Assembly: GCA_976551045.1 (NCBI GenBank)
Contig: CDPCPM010000180.1
Location: 31,000,001 to 31,064,000, forward strand
Reading direction: 5' to 3'
Origin: Glaucostegus cemiculus
Lineage: Eukaryota
Length of the DNA stretch: 64,000 bases
Part shown: piece by piece, positions 12,621 through 25,039 of the stretch
Layout of the letters: every line of letters begins with the position of its first letter
How positions within the stretch are numbered: position 1 is the first letter of the stretch
Program-made: the position numbers and the translations under genes
The notes under the pieces: generated by a model
Seen by the model: only the letters and a program-made list of their open reading frames with translations
Told to the model about the DNA's origin: nothing
Database searches by the model: none

Positions 12621-14059
12621 ATGGTATTTTTGTATTCTTAATTATTTTCTGGATTCTCTCAAAGACTTCACTTATTATCCTAAGCCAATTTCAGCATGTG
12701 ATTACATCATTCAGTGCTTTCCACAGAAATATCATTGTTTTCAATGATAGAGAGCCTGCTTTGTTCTTCAACTACCATGAATTTGAACACACAAGATTTT
12801 TTTCTACCTACTATGCCTGTCGGAAATGTGCAAGAAGAAGTAACACCTCAAGCTGCTTGTTTGCTGGCCTTACGAGTGTGTTTGTGTTACTAGCTTCCCA
12901 CATGCAATCTTGCACAACCAGCAATAACCCAATGTAACCTTCCTGCATTTGCACAGAACAAACATCAGGGAAATGTATTTTACTTCAAGGAGGAATTACA
13001 TAGTAATGTGGAGGCAAAATATTCCATAAAATACCACAGAGGGAACCAAGGTTGTCAGATAGGTTCTTGGTTGACAATACCAGACTCATGGAGAACGGAA
13101 ATAAAAACAGAAAATGCCAGAAAAACTCAGCAGGTCACAAGATCACAAGATAATGGAGCAGAAGCAGGCCACTTGGCCCATCAAGTCTGCTCCAAAGGGA
13201 AGGGAGGGTGGGGAAAAAAGGGGGAAAAAGAGGATGAAAAAGAATGAGAAAAAAAAACTACCTTAACTCCAAGTGTCAGATTGCATCTATGAAAAAGAAA
13301 CAGTTAACTTTTCAACTGAGAAATGAAAGAGAGAAGTAAGTTTCCTTCTGAAAGATCTTGAAGTTTTGAACCAATATTGTTTAACTGTCATATGGATCCA
13401 AATACTTTTACTGTTCTCTGCAAATACCACGGAAGAATATTGACTCAGAGCATATTTTCTTATTATGTACTATGCTTCATCACAGTCATCTATAAGAAGC
13501 CAATCACAAAACAAGTCATAAACTAATCTGATGAAGGATCTTTGACCTGAAACATTTACCCCTTTTCTCTCCCAACTGATGCTACATGACCTGCTGAGTG
13601 CTTCCAGCATTTTCTGTTTCAGTTTCTGATTTCTAGCATCTGTGGTTCCTTGTCCCAATCAGAAGCTAATTTGTGAGGCTTTCTCCACAAATTTAGAACT
13701 GACAAGATTTGCCCCATTGAAAGTACCAATGTAACCCAACATTCACAAAAATCCTGATGTACATTTTCATAATAAAAGAGAATTTCATGACAATAAATGT
13801 GCCTAACATCTGCATATCTATTTCTATTTTGTAATTATAACCTAAAAGCAGATCACAGAATTGGAATTCAACAATGCAACTTTTGATGGGAGACTCAATC
13901 AAAACTTCTCATCTTGGTTGCTATGGTGAGTAGTACGAGTACAGGAGTGTGAAGACTTGTTGTGGTAAGTACCGCGAGAACTAGATTGAGAGTGAGAACG
14001 AGAGTGGGAAGCAGTTTAAAAAGGTAGACCTGTTGTTGATGTTCTTGTTGCTGTGGTGA

Positions 14060-17000
14060 GTTGATAGGCCTGTTGATTAGCAAACTGGATAATTAGGAAG
14101 CAGCTGCCAATAAAAAGTTTAGGGTCAAGCAGAGCAGCCATTGTTGGAGTGGACAGTGTTAGAATGGGGAGCCGAGGCTTTAGCTCAAGAGGCTTCGGCA
14201 TGAAGAAGTGGAGTAGATAAACGGAGGCTTTTGGTACATTCCCTTTCTTTGTTATTTGTTATTTTCTTTGTTACAGAACTGTGGGAATGGCAGTCAGGGC
14301 AGAAATATGCTCTTCCTATAGGATGTGCGAAGTCAGGGAGACCTCCAGTGTCCCTGCTAACTACACCTGAAGTGCATCCAGCTGCAGCTCCTAACAGACT
14401 ATGTTAGGGAGCTGGAGCTCCCCATGTTTGGGAAGCTGAGGAGATGATTGATAGGAATTACCAGGAGGCAGTTACACCTAGGATGCGGGATGAAGGTAGT
14501 TGGGTAACGGTTAGGAGAGGGAGAAGGAGTAGGTAGTCAGAACAGAGTACACCAGTAACCATTTTCCTCAATAACAAGTATATTGTTCCGGATGCTGTTG
14601 GGGGGGGGGGGGCAGAGGGACTGAACCACCGGTGGAGAGCCACAGCAGCTGGGTCTCTGGCACTAAGTCTGACTCTGTGGCTCAGAAAGGAAAGGAGGGG
14701 GGAGGGGGAAGAGGAGTGCGACAGTGATAGGGGATTCGTTGGTTAGGGGAACAGAAAGGAGATTCTGTGGACAAGAACAAGACTCCTGGATGATATGTTG
14801 CCTCCCAGGTGCCAGGGTCGGGGACATCTCAGATCAAGTGCACAGCATTCTTGAGGGGCGGGGTCAGCAGCCAGAAGTCATGGTACACATTGGCACCGAA
14901 GACATAGATAGGAGAAGGGATAAGGTCCTGAAGAGTGTCTATAGGGAGTTAGGAAGGGCTTCAGGGGTAATAATCTCTAGATTGCTGCCTGTGCCACATG
15001 CCAGGGAGGGAAAGGATAGGAAAATACAACAGACGAATGAGGGCTCAAGACTTGGTGCAGGGGGCAGGGGTTCAGATTTGTGGATCATTGGGATCTCTTC
15101 AGGGGAGGGTATGACCTGTACAAAAGGGACGGGTTGCACCTGAACTCGAGAGGGACCAATGGCTTTGCTGGCAGGTTTGCTAGAGCTATTGGAGAGGGTT
15201 TGAACTAAGCTGGCAGTGGGATGGGAACCGGAGTGTTAGGTTAGATGATGGATCAGTTGGTGTAAAAGTAGATGCCATGTATAGAGAAAATGTGAGGAAG
15301 GACAGGCAGGGGATAAGGCATAAATGTAGTCGGTTAGATGGGTTGAAATGTGTTTACTTTCAAGTGAGAAGTGTTAAGAATAAGGGTGATGAACTTTGAG
15401 CATGGATCAGTGCATGGAATTACAATGTTGTGGCCATTACAGAGACTTGGCTGTCGCAAGGGCTCAAGGGGAGGATTGGCTGTTTGAGGTTCCGGGGTTC
15501 AGATGTTTCGAAAGGGAAAGGGAGGGAAGTTGGGGGGGGGGGTAGTGTGGCATTGCTAATCAGGGATAGTATCACAGCTGTAGGAAGGGAGGACATCCTA
15601 GAGGGATCGTCTATTGAGTCAGTGTGGGTGGAAGTCAGAAACAGGAAGGGAGACATCACTCTACTAAGAGTATTCCATAGGTCCCCAATATCCACTGGGA
15701 TACAGAGGAGCAGATAAGTAGGCAGATTTTGGAAAGGTGCAAATATAACAGGTTGTGGTCATGGATGATTTCAACTTCCCTAATATTGATTGGCACCTCC
15801 TTAGTGCAAGGTTTAGATGGGGCAGAATTTGTTAGGGATGTACAGGAAGGATTCCTGACACAGCATGTAGACAGGCCGACTAAAGGAGAGGCAATGCTGG
15901 ATCTAGTACTAGGCAATGGTCAGGTGAAAGACCTCTTGGTGAGCAAGCATTTCAGGCATAGTGACCACGACTCCCTGACATAGCCATGGACAAGGATAGG
16001 AGCAGACATTATGGGAAATTAATTAATTGGGGGAGGGCAAATTACGATGGTATTAGGCAGAAACTTGGGAGCATAAATTGGGAACGGATGTTCTCTGGTA
16101 AATGCACCACAAAAATGTGGAGGTTGTTTAGGGAACACTTGCATGGGATTCTGGGTAGTTTTGTCCCACTGAGACAAGTAAAGGATGGTAGGGTGAAGGA
16201 ACCATGGTTAACAAAAGAGGTGGAAGGTTTAGTCAAGAGGAAGAAGGAAGCATATTTAAGGTTTAGGAAGCAGAGATCAGACAGGACTCTTGAGAGTTGT
16301 AGGATAGTCAGGAAAGAGCTTAAGAAGGAATTTAGGAGAGCTAGAAGGGGACATGAGAAGGCCTTGGCAAGTAGGGTTAAGGAAAACCCCAAGACATTCT
16401 ACATAAGAGGATGACTAGGGTGAGGGCAGGACCACTCAGGAATAAAGGGAGAAAATGTATCTGAAGGTGGAGGAGGTGGGGGTGTCCTGAATGAATACCT
16501 TGCTTTGGTGTTCACCAGCAAGAGGGACTTAGACGAATGTGAGGTCAGCATAGAACAGGCAAATGTGTTGGAGCATGTTGAGGTTAAGAAAGAGGTAGTG
16601 TTGGAACTACTAAAAAGCATTAGAATACTTAAGTCCCTGGGGTCAGATAGGTTACTACGGGAAGCGAGGGAAGAGATTGCTTGGGCATTAACAATGATCT
16701 TTGTGTCCTCCCTGGCCACAGGAGTGGTAATGGAGAACTGGAGGGTGGCAAATGTTGTTCCATTGTTCAAGAAAGGTAAAAGGGATAATCCTGGGAATTA
16801 TAGGCCAATAAGTTTTAGGGACCAGATTTATGAGCATTTGGATAAGCATAGTCTTATTAGGAATAGTCAACATGGCTTTGTGAAGGGCAGGTCATGCCTC
16901 ACGAGCCTAATAGACTTTTTTGAGGAAATGACAAAACAAATTGATGAAGGCAGTGTGGTGGATGTGGTATATATGGATTTTAGCAAGGAGTTTTGACAGG

Positions 17001-18190
17001 GTTCCCCACGGTAGGCTCATTCAGGAAGTCATGAGGTATGGAATCCGTGGAGAATTGGCTGTGTGGATTCAGAAATAGCTTCCCCATGGAGTGCAGAGGG
17101 TGGTTGTAAAAGGAGAGTATTCGACCTGGAGGTTGGTGACTAGTGGTGTTCTGCAGGGATCTGTTCTGGGACCCCTGGTCTTTGTGATTTTTATAAATGA
17201 CTTGGATGAAGAAGTGGAAGGGTAGGTTGGTAAGTCTGCAGATGAGATGAAGGTTGGTGGTGTAGTAGATAGTGCAGACAGCTCCACATCCTGTCTACAT
17301 CCCATTGCAACCTATGACACTATCTACTACACTAGATAGTGTAGTAGATTAGATAGTATAGTACACTAGACAGGATGTAGAGCTGGGCGGAGAAGTGGCA
17401 GATGGAGTTCAATCCAGAGAAGTGTGAAGTGATACACTTTGGAAGGTGAAACATGAAGGCAGAGTACAAGGTTAATGGCAGGATTCTTACCAGTGTGGAG
17501 GAACAGGGAGATCTTGAGGTCAAAGTTGCCATGCAAGTTGACAGGATGGTTAAGAAGGCGTATGGTGTGCTGGCCTTCATTAGCCAGGGGATTGAGATCA
17601 AGAGCCGATAGGTAATGTTGCAGTTCTATAAGACTCTGGTTAGACCACACTTGGAGTATTGTGTTCAGTTCTGGTCACCATATGATATGAAGGATATGTA
17701 AGCCTTGGAGGGGGTGCAGACGAGATTTACAAGGATGCTGCCTGGATTAGGGAACATGTCTTATGAGGAAAGGTTGAGCATGTTAGTGCTTTTCTCCTAG
17801 GAGTAATGGAGGATGACAGATGACTTGATAGAGATATATGAGAGGCATAGGCAGAGAGGACAGCCAGCACCTTTTCCCCAGGGTGGTAATAGCCAGTGCG
17901 AGAGGTTAAGGTGCATGGAAGAAAATTCAGGGAAGATGTCAAAGGTAGTTTTTTTTTACACAGAGAGTGGTGGGTGCCTGGAATGCAACTGTTGGGAGTG
18001 GTGGTAGGGGATGATATGATAGGGCCATTTAAGAGACTCTTAGATAGGCATATGGATGAAAGAAAAATAGAGGGTTATGGGAGGTGAAGTAGAGCGGGGG
18101 ATAGATTGAATGTGGGTAAGGTTTATATAGGTCAGCAGAACATCGTGGGCCAAAGGGCCCGTACTGTGCTGTTCTGTGTTCCATGTTTTT
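14060..18190 (+). mobile_element. Near-full-length decayed CR1 LINE (5' UTR, ORF1 zinc finger + SGNH esterase, ORF2 APE-RT, 3' tail)
   Basis: ORF1 runs from ATG ~14287 with MAVRAEICSS..KCIQLQLL, then IGDSLVRG..CCLPGARV..VHIGT.D..DGLHLN (esterase). ORF2 fragments are AITETWL, SDHDS, NYRPIS, QHGFVKGRSCLT, VYMDFSK and QGSVLGP. The 3' tail is gggccaaagggcccgtactgtgctgttctgtgttc. Confidence 0.95.
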
Positions 18191-18689
18191 TACTGATAAT
18201 TCCATGAACAAGGCATATCATAAGCAGCTTTCAAAACAGTCAAGTCATCCTTGGTTAGACCACATCAGGTGTTCCAAGTAGTCTGAGCACCACATCATTA
18301 GGAAGGATATAATAACCTTGGAGATAAATCTATGAAAAATTTCCAGAATGGAAAAGGTTAATTGTGACAATTTGATTAAAGTTTTCAGGAGCCGGAGAGA
18401 TATCTTCAGTGTCCTGGCTAATAGTTACTTCTCAAATAACAACACTAGAACATCAGATTATCTGGTCACTGTAACATTTTTGTTTGTGGGAGCCTGTTGT
18501 GCACAAATTAGCTGTCATGTTTATAAAGGTGATTAACACTTCAGGAAGACTTCAAAGAACTTTGAAATAACAGCAAAGGATGCAAAAGGACCGTGTGGTT
18601 ATGGTCTAAAAAAATTACTGCCAAGGCTTTCAGGGGTGATTACTAACTATTAGCGCACACACATGGCATATGTTAATAGATGGCATAAA

Positions 18690-19270
18690 GTCATAGAGCA
18701 CAGAAACAGGACCTTCTGGCTCACTATGTCCCTGCTGATCATCAAATACCCATCTAACAGAAATCCTATTAACCAGCTTTTGATCCATAGCCTTCTATGG
18801 CTTAATAATGCAAGTGTTTGTCTAGATATTTCTCAGTTGTCGTGAGAGCCCTTGTCTCCACCACCCCCTCAGGCAGTGCATACCAGATTCCAACCATCCT
18901 TTGGGTGAAAAAATTCCTCAGATCCCCTCAAAACCCCTTTCCCCTTACCTTAAACCTAAGTCTTCTAGTTATTAACAACTCTGTTACGGGAAAAAGTTTC
19001 CTGCTATCTAGTCTGTCTACGTCCCTCAATCAGCCCCTCTCCCCAACCCCTGTCCTCTTCCATTCCAAGCAAAACAAACCCAGCTTATCCAGTCTCCCCT
19101 CATATCGTCCATCCCAGGCACTATCCTATTGAATCTTCTCTGCGCTCTCTCCGGTGCAAACAAGTTCTTTCTATAGTGTGACTACCAGAATAATATTCCA
19201 GCTGTGGTCTAACTGGAGTTTTATAAAGCTGGACCATTACCTCCCTGCTCTTATATTCTAACCCCAACTA
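18690..19270 (-). mobile_element. CR1 LINE 3' fragment
   Basis: Reverse-complement CR1 tail and the FFTQRMVGIW-type C-terminal region. Confidence 0.75.
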
Positions 19271-19399
19271 ATAATGTTTTCACACATATCAATTGATATT
19301 CTGTCAATTTTAAATCTGAGACAGAGGTTTCAGTTATGAGCAGTGATTGGATAAACTGAGTTTGTTTTGCTTGGAGTGCAGGATGATTGGAGGTGGAGA

Positions 19400-20330
19400 G
19401 CAGGGGCTGATTGAGGGGCACAGGATGGAACATTTAATTTCACCGGCATCCTGCATGATGAGTTTCTTCATTGTAATGTCATGGAACATGAAGCATACCA
19501 TTTTGGATAATCCTCTGGAAGTTCTACTGATCCAGATATGTCCTTCAAAGTTCCACAGATTAATCTATGAAGAGTCAAATTTGACTAAGGCTTCCTGTAG
19601 CATTTGGTTACCACAACAATTGGAGTGATCGTTACAGTCAACCAAGCTGGCCACAATCTTCTAATTGAAATTCTCTGGATAATGGCACCACTTTGGATAC
19701 CAGCATGCCTCTGTGTTCATTCTGATGCCCCCACCTGCACCTTGACTAATTAAGAAACTTTCAAATTTGCTGCAGAACACAACCTGGCCTGATGGAAGAA
19801 AATGAGAATAATGATGGCCTGCATCCTTGGGAACCTGTCACAGCAGTGATGATTCTGGGAATTCTGCTCATGCGTCAAGGTGTTGATATAGCATGAGAAT
19901 TTTGATTGAGCCTTTGTAATATTGTTGATCTGTTGGTGCAGCAGATGAAAACTTACCTTCATCAAGTTCCCCATGGCAACTTGAAAGGATTCTGAAGCAT
20001 AATAATTCAGATCTAACAGCATCTTAAAGCCATAACAGAGTGTGTTCACAATGGACTGCAGCTTCAGCAGAGGTGCAGAATAATCACACAGTTCAGTACA
20101 CACTACAGCTCCTTCAACTCCACTCAGTTTCTCCAAATCAAACGTGTAGCTATTGGACTGATGTGGGCCCAAGCTCCACGTCTTCTTGTGGATAGATGGA
20201 ATAGTCTTAGTTTCAATCTTTGTTGGACCCATTTCCCCAACTCCTTCCAGTACATTGATGACTTTATTCCTGTCTTCATACATAAATTGAAAAATTCATC
20301 ACTTTTGCTGTCAAGTTCCACCTGCTTTCA
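19400..20330 (-). pseudogene. PIF/Harbinger (HARBI1-like DDE) transposase relic
   Basis: ORF 19750-20283 contains TELCDYSAPLL..KMLLDLNYYASESFQVAMGNLMKVS..HQQINNITKA..YIN..RFPRMQAII..NLKVS*LVKVQV. These motifs are collinear with the Harbinger consensus LNFYATGSFQ..GD..GISQ..I..VT.AL..FP.V.GAIDCTH..NRKGFHSLNVQ. The catalytic DCTH motif is not preserved. Confidence 0.75.
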
Positions 20331-20344
20331 CTTTTATATGGTCC

Positions 20345-20800
20345 ATCTCTGACTTCCATTCCCTTTCTGAACCACCCTGTCTCCACCTTAGGTGATAGGC
20401 TAGCCACAAACATCTACTACAAGCCTACAAATTCTCTTAACTATCTTGACTGTACCTCCTCCCACTCCTCCATTCTCCCAGTTCCTCTAGCTCCATCGTA
20501 TTTTGCTCCTATGACGAGACTTCCCACATAGGTGCCTCTGAAATATGTTCCTTTTTCCTGAATCCCCTTCCATAATGGGCAGAGCCCTTGATCACATCTT
20601 ATCTCTCTCCTACACCCCAACTCTCATCCCATCTCCTCCTGGACAGAGCAAGGATAGAGTTTTCCTGGTCCTCACCCTCCAATCCACCAGCCTCCACATT
20701 TAATGGATCATCCTTCAAAATTTCTGCCAGCTTCAACAAGATTCCAAAACATACATCCATCCATCCCTCCCTCCATCTTCTCTGCAGCATAAACTAAGGA
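20345..20800 (+). mobile_element. Penelope-like retroelement RT C-terminal fragment
   Basis: Translates to SIPFLN..VS.LGDRLATNIYYKPTNSLNYLDCTSSH..SQFL*LHRI, the PLE RT thumb motif YYKPT..YL...S.H. Confidence 0.85.
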
Positions 20801-20959
20801 TGTTCCTCTTTCCCAGTTCATTTGAAGGCTCTTTGAACTGGTGGAAGTTCTTGGTTTACTTGTGCTATATATATAATGAGCAAAAATCAAACTGCTAGAG
20901 GAACTCAGCGGGTCAGGCAATATCTGTAAATCTTTAAGCGTACCCATTTCCCTCTACAG

Positions 20960-21090
20960 ATACTTAATTTACATTTTTCTTGTGAACGTTGTGTATCTGA
21001 TGCTATGTGCCTGTGATGCTGCTGCAAGTAAATTTTCATTGCACCTGTGCATACATATACTTGTGCATATGACAATAAATTTGACTTTGG
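20960..21090 (+). mobile_element. Rex1/Babar 3' UTR fragment, (GACTT)-tail subfamily
   Basis: gatgctatgtgcctgtgatgctgctgcaagt...gacaataaatttgacttt, also seen at 24.8, 50.9 and 63.9 kb. Confidence 0.7.
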
Positions 21091-21130
21091 ACAATCCTCC
21101 AGCAGTTTGTTTTTTCGCTCCAGATTCCAG

Positions 21131-21316
21131 NNNNNNNNNNNNNNNNNNNNNNNNNNNNNNNNNNNNNNNNNNNNNNNNNNNNNNNNNNNNNNNNNNNNNN
21201 NNNNNNNNNNNNNNNNNNNNNNNNNNNNNNNNNNNNNNNNNNNNNNNNNNNNNNNNNNNNNNNNNNNNNNNNNNNNNNNNNNNNNNNNNNNNNNNNNNNN
21301 NNNNNNNNNNNNNNNN
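21131..21316. other. Assembly gap (186 N)
   Basis: Run of N. Confidence 1.
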
Positions 21317-22399
21317 CCATTCATAAAATTTCACTGAAGCCGATGGAACTGAATATTGGAAATAGAGTACAAACTATACTTGTGAGTTAAGAGGAAGAAA
21401 CAACATTCGCATCTTGCTGTTCTCCCTTAGTTCTGCACTGCAGACTCTGGCTAGATAATGTGCTCATGTGTCTGGAGTACGACTTGAATCAATAACCTAC
21501 TGACCGGAAGTTCTGAGTGATACAACACAGCCACAGCCAAAATCAACTTTCAATTCACATGCAAAGGGCAAAACAATATAGTCCCTAACCCAGATGGTAG
21601 GGCACAAAAAAAACACAAGAGAACATTACAGTGGGCTGCATTTGTGTCTTTGTAAGGTTAAGCACGCTACTGATATTAACTTTATTCACTACACCCTCTA
21701 GATGGTGAAATTTGTGCATTGCCTATTTTAATGAAAGGCTTTGCATGACTCTTAAATGAGGAAGTATCATTTTATATTCTTATGTATCAGGAGTTTCACA
21801 ATCCACATCTCATTGCTGGAATATTGTACCACTGTACTATTTAATCTAGATTCACTTTTTTTGGTTCCCTGTTCCCACCTAATTACCATTGACTAAATTG
21901 CATTATTTATCATCCCAATTACATAACAACAATGTGCAAACATAAAGCAACATTAACATTGAAGATAGCTTGAGCTGTTTCACAGAAAAGTTACCAGCAG
22001 TAAACTAAAACTAAACAAAAAAGTATCGAGCAATGAGAAAGAGAGTTAATATTTCAGGTTGATAATCTTTCACCAGAACTAGTTAAAAGGTTTTTTGAAT
22101 TTAGTTGCAGTTCCCACATCCCCATTATTTTTAGTTTCTGCACCGTCAACAAACTTGGGAGATGTTGCTTGTTTTATTCTTCTAAACCTATAAAGGTCAC
22201 GTCATGGATTATAATAGTACATTGAATTTATAATTTTCCAATCAACTCTTCAAATTAACTCTTCAAATCTAACAGTAATGGCTTACAGAAATATATATTG
22301 GGAAACTTCCACATGGTATTTCAGATCTGGCTGAATATACAGCTTCTGCAAAGTTTACATAAAGGATAAAGTAATTTAGACAAGAATCTTTAAACTTAC

Positions 22400-22551
22400 C
22401 CATAAAATTAATCACTTAATGTCAAAATGCCTGCAAGAAATTTCATGTCCCCTTTTCTGTATAACAGGATTTGAGCTGTGTAGCAGTTCCAAAGTTGTCA
22501 ATTTCTCTTTAATCTCGGGAGCTATGAGCTTTCAGTACCAGTAGATAAGTT
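22400..22551 (-). other. Candidate exon, closed in all three frames (non-coding or UTR)
   Basis: Acceptor (CT)18-cattcaatcacag, where the microsatellite acts as the pyrimidine tract. Donor TGG|gtaagt. I do not recognise the sequence as a repeat. Confidence 0.35.
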
Positions 22552-22560
22552 CTGTGATTG

Positions 22561-22563
<3 letters not shown>

Positions 22564-22599
<36 letters not shown>
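22564..22599. repeat. (GA)18 microsatellite
   Basis: Directly visible. Confidence 0.98.
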
Positions 22600-22602
<3 letters not shown>

Positions 22603-23659
22603 AGACACATTATGGAAGTTCTCATTCTCAGCTTCTTGTAGAGGAACTACAGTGCCCTAACAACACCATTTTACAGCCACATTACATGACACCCAACTAG
22701 GAAATGGAATTCATGGTTCAAATGCAATGGGCAATTATGAAAGAATTATGTTGCTCAACAATGGTAGGAAGTATAGACAAACACACAGTATTTCTTTTAA
22801 AAAGCATCTTATTAAATGTTGAAGTTCAGAGAATTTGGGGATTTGTTCATGCAGGGCAACATTGAGTGCTTTACATACTTTGACACCAATCATTTAACAG
22901 ATTACTCTTTTTAAAAGATTTGTTTTCCTCTACATCCAAACCACTAATAACGTCTTTTCTTCCCCTTATCATACTCAATCTTCCTCCCTTTGGCCACTCA
23001 TTTAACCTACCTCAATCCCTTGGCAGTCCTTATGTGCATCTTGGAGATACAAGAAATTCTGCAGATGCTGGAGTCTGGAACAATACACAAAAAGTGCTGG
23101 AGGAACTTAACAGGTCAGGCAGCATCCATTGGAGGGAAATAAACAGTGGACGTTTCGGGACTGATCATTAACAAGTGCATATGAAGGTAAAGATCAGGCA
23201 CCTGCGCTCTCTGCTGCTGACTCTCCACTGAGCCGAGTGAAAGAGCAGTTACCTGCTGAGAAGAGGAGCTGGATGCATGTCACACCTGGCTCATAGCTTT
23301 AGGTCAGGAAGAGCTGATGTACAAAATGCAGGGTCACAGATCTTGTGGAGAAAGGTAAGTACGAATGAGTACTTGACTTATTTTACTTCATGCTTTGTAA
23401 TTAGTTTGCTGGTATTTTTATTGTTTAATGATTTTTAACTTTTTTCCCCAAAGTACTTAAATCAAGGGATATGGGCCAAATGCAGGCAAGTGGGAATCTT
23501 GGTCAGCATGGACTGGTTGGGCCAAAGGGTCCATATCTGTGCTGTATGACTCCACAAAACTCTCTGGCTATCAGACATTTTAAAATCCTATTACAGTGGG
23601 AAAGCTGCCCTGAGCTGTCAGGGTGTTCTGGGGTCAGGGACTGCTCAAGGTCTACTCAC

Positions 23660-23887
23660 CAGGTGGATGCTGTTCTTCTTTACAGGACGCCTGTTGTGTC
23701 CCAGAGAAGGGGCTTGTGCATCCATCTGCACCTCAGTAAAGTCAGTGCAGATGGGCGGGCAGGCAGGGATGGTAGACAATGAGGCCAGGCTGCTGACCGA
23801 ATCCAGGACAATCCCTTCCGGTGATGTAGGTTGAAACAGGGCCTAGTACTGTGCCTATGGCACTCCACCCGTAACTTTATTGCCAAC
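23660..23887 (-). other. Candidate 228-nt exon (5' UTR plus a possible start, MDAQAPSLGHNRRPVKKNSIHL from ATG 23725)
   Basis: Acceptor atgttattttcag and donor CTG|gtgagt. Locally GC/CpG-richer and unique-looking. Upstream in-frame TAG stops precede the ATG. Confidence 0.45.
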
Positions 23888-24039
23888 CTGAAAATAACAT
23901 GTTGATTCCTACTCTCTGTCTATGAACCAATTGTGAAACCATGCAAATATATGCCATATTTCTGTGTGCTGCCATTTTGTGTAACAGCCCAATGGGGCAC
24001 CCATCTGAATTCCTGTTACAAATCCAAGTACATTGCATC

Positions 24040-24340
24040 CATTGGTTCCCTTCCCACTTTCACCTGTCACCTCCCCACTTCTGTCACCAGTCCAACTCTC
24101 ACCCCCCCTCCATCTGTCTATCAAGCCCCTCATCTGGATCCATCTATCACCTGCCAGCTCTTGCTCCACCACTTCCCTCCACCTTTTTTGTATATCTTTC
24201 TTCCAAGTCCAGATGAGGGCTCTCAACCTGAAACGTTGACTGTACATTTTCCTTCATAGATGCTGCCTGACCCACTGACTTCTTCCAGCACTTTGTGTGG
24301 TGCTTCAGGTTCCAGCATTGGCAGTCTCTTGTGTCTCCAT
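24040..24340 (+). mobile_element. Penelope-like terminal-repeat fragment
   Basis: ctgccagctcttgc..cagatgagggctctcaacctgaaacgttgac..gatgctgcctgacc..tccagcac motif. Confidence 0.65.
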
Positions 24341-24770
24341 TGGTTCCCCTTGCTAGTTACATCCTCAGAAGAATGCATTAGACTTGTTAAGTATGATTTC
24401 TCTTTCATATTAACCTTACCTAAGTATACCACAATTTGCTAAGAGCCCTGTTCAAACTTCCTTAATAGTAAACTCTAACATGTTCCCAGCAGCCAATGTT
24501 AGGTGAATTAACCCATAATTCCCCATGTTCTTCCTTCCCCTCCTTGAGTAGTGAGGTTACCTATCAAACTACCGACATTGCTGCAGAGTATGGGGATTCT
24601 GCATCTACTTTCTCTGTGCAAATGTTTTGTTTAGCATACCTCAGATGTAGGCCATCAAATCCTGGGGATCGGTCTGCTTTTAATCCCATTAACTTCTGCA
24701 GTAGTTTTTCTTTACTAATAGTTTTAATATCCTTAAGATCTTTATTTGGCCTTGGATAGAACACTATTCC
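24340..24770 (-). mobile_element. CR1 RT fragments
   Basis: ORF 24564-24764 KLMGLKADRSPGFDGLHLR and ORF 24223-24432 KSYLTSL..EDVTS. Confidence 0.7.
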
Positions 24771-25039
24771 TCTGGAGATTTCAAGTCAAGTCAAATTGAG
24801 TTATTGTCATGTGCACAAGTATGGTAGGTACAGGTATAATGAAAAACCTGCTTGCAGCAGCATCACAGGCACATAGGGTCAGACAACATACAGAATATAA
24901 AGTATACATAAGTTATACCTATTGTTATTATTTCTCAGTGAGAATTATAATATAGTATATTAAATTATTGACCTTGTTTATCTATCTCTATATTACTTTG
25001 TTTTATTCAAATCTATATGCAAGTCACAATGATCTTTTG

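Noticed and set aside
20905-21337. ORFs containing runs of X
   Set aside because: Artefacts of the 186-N assembly gap.
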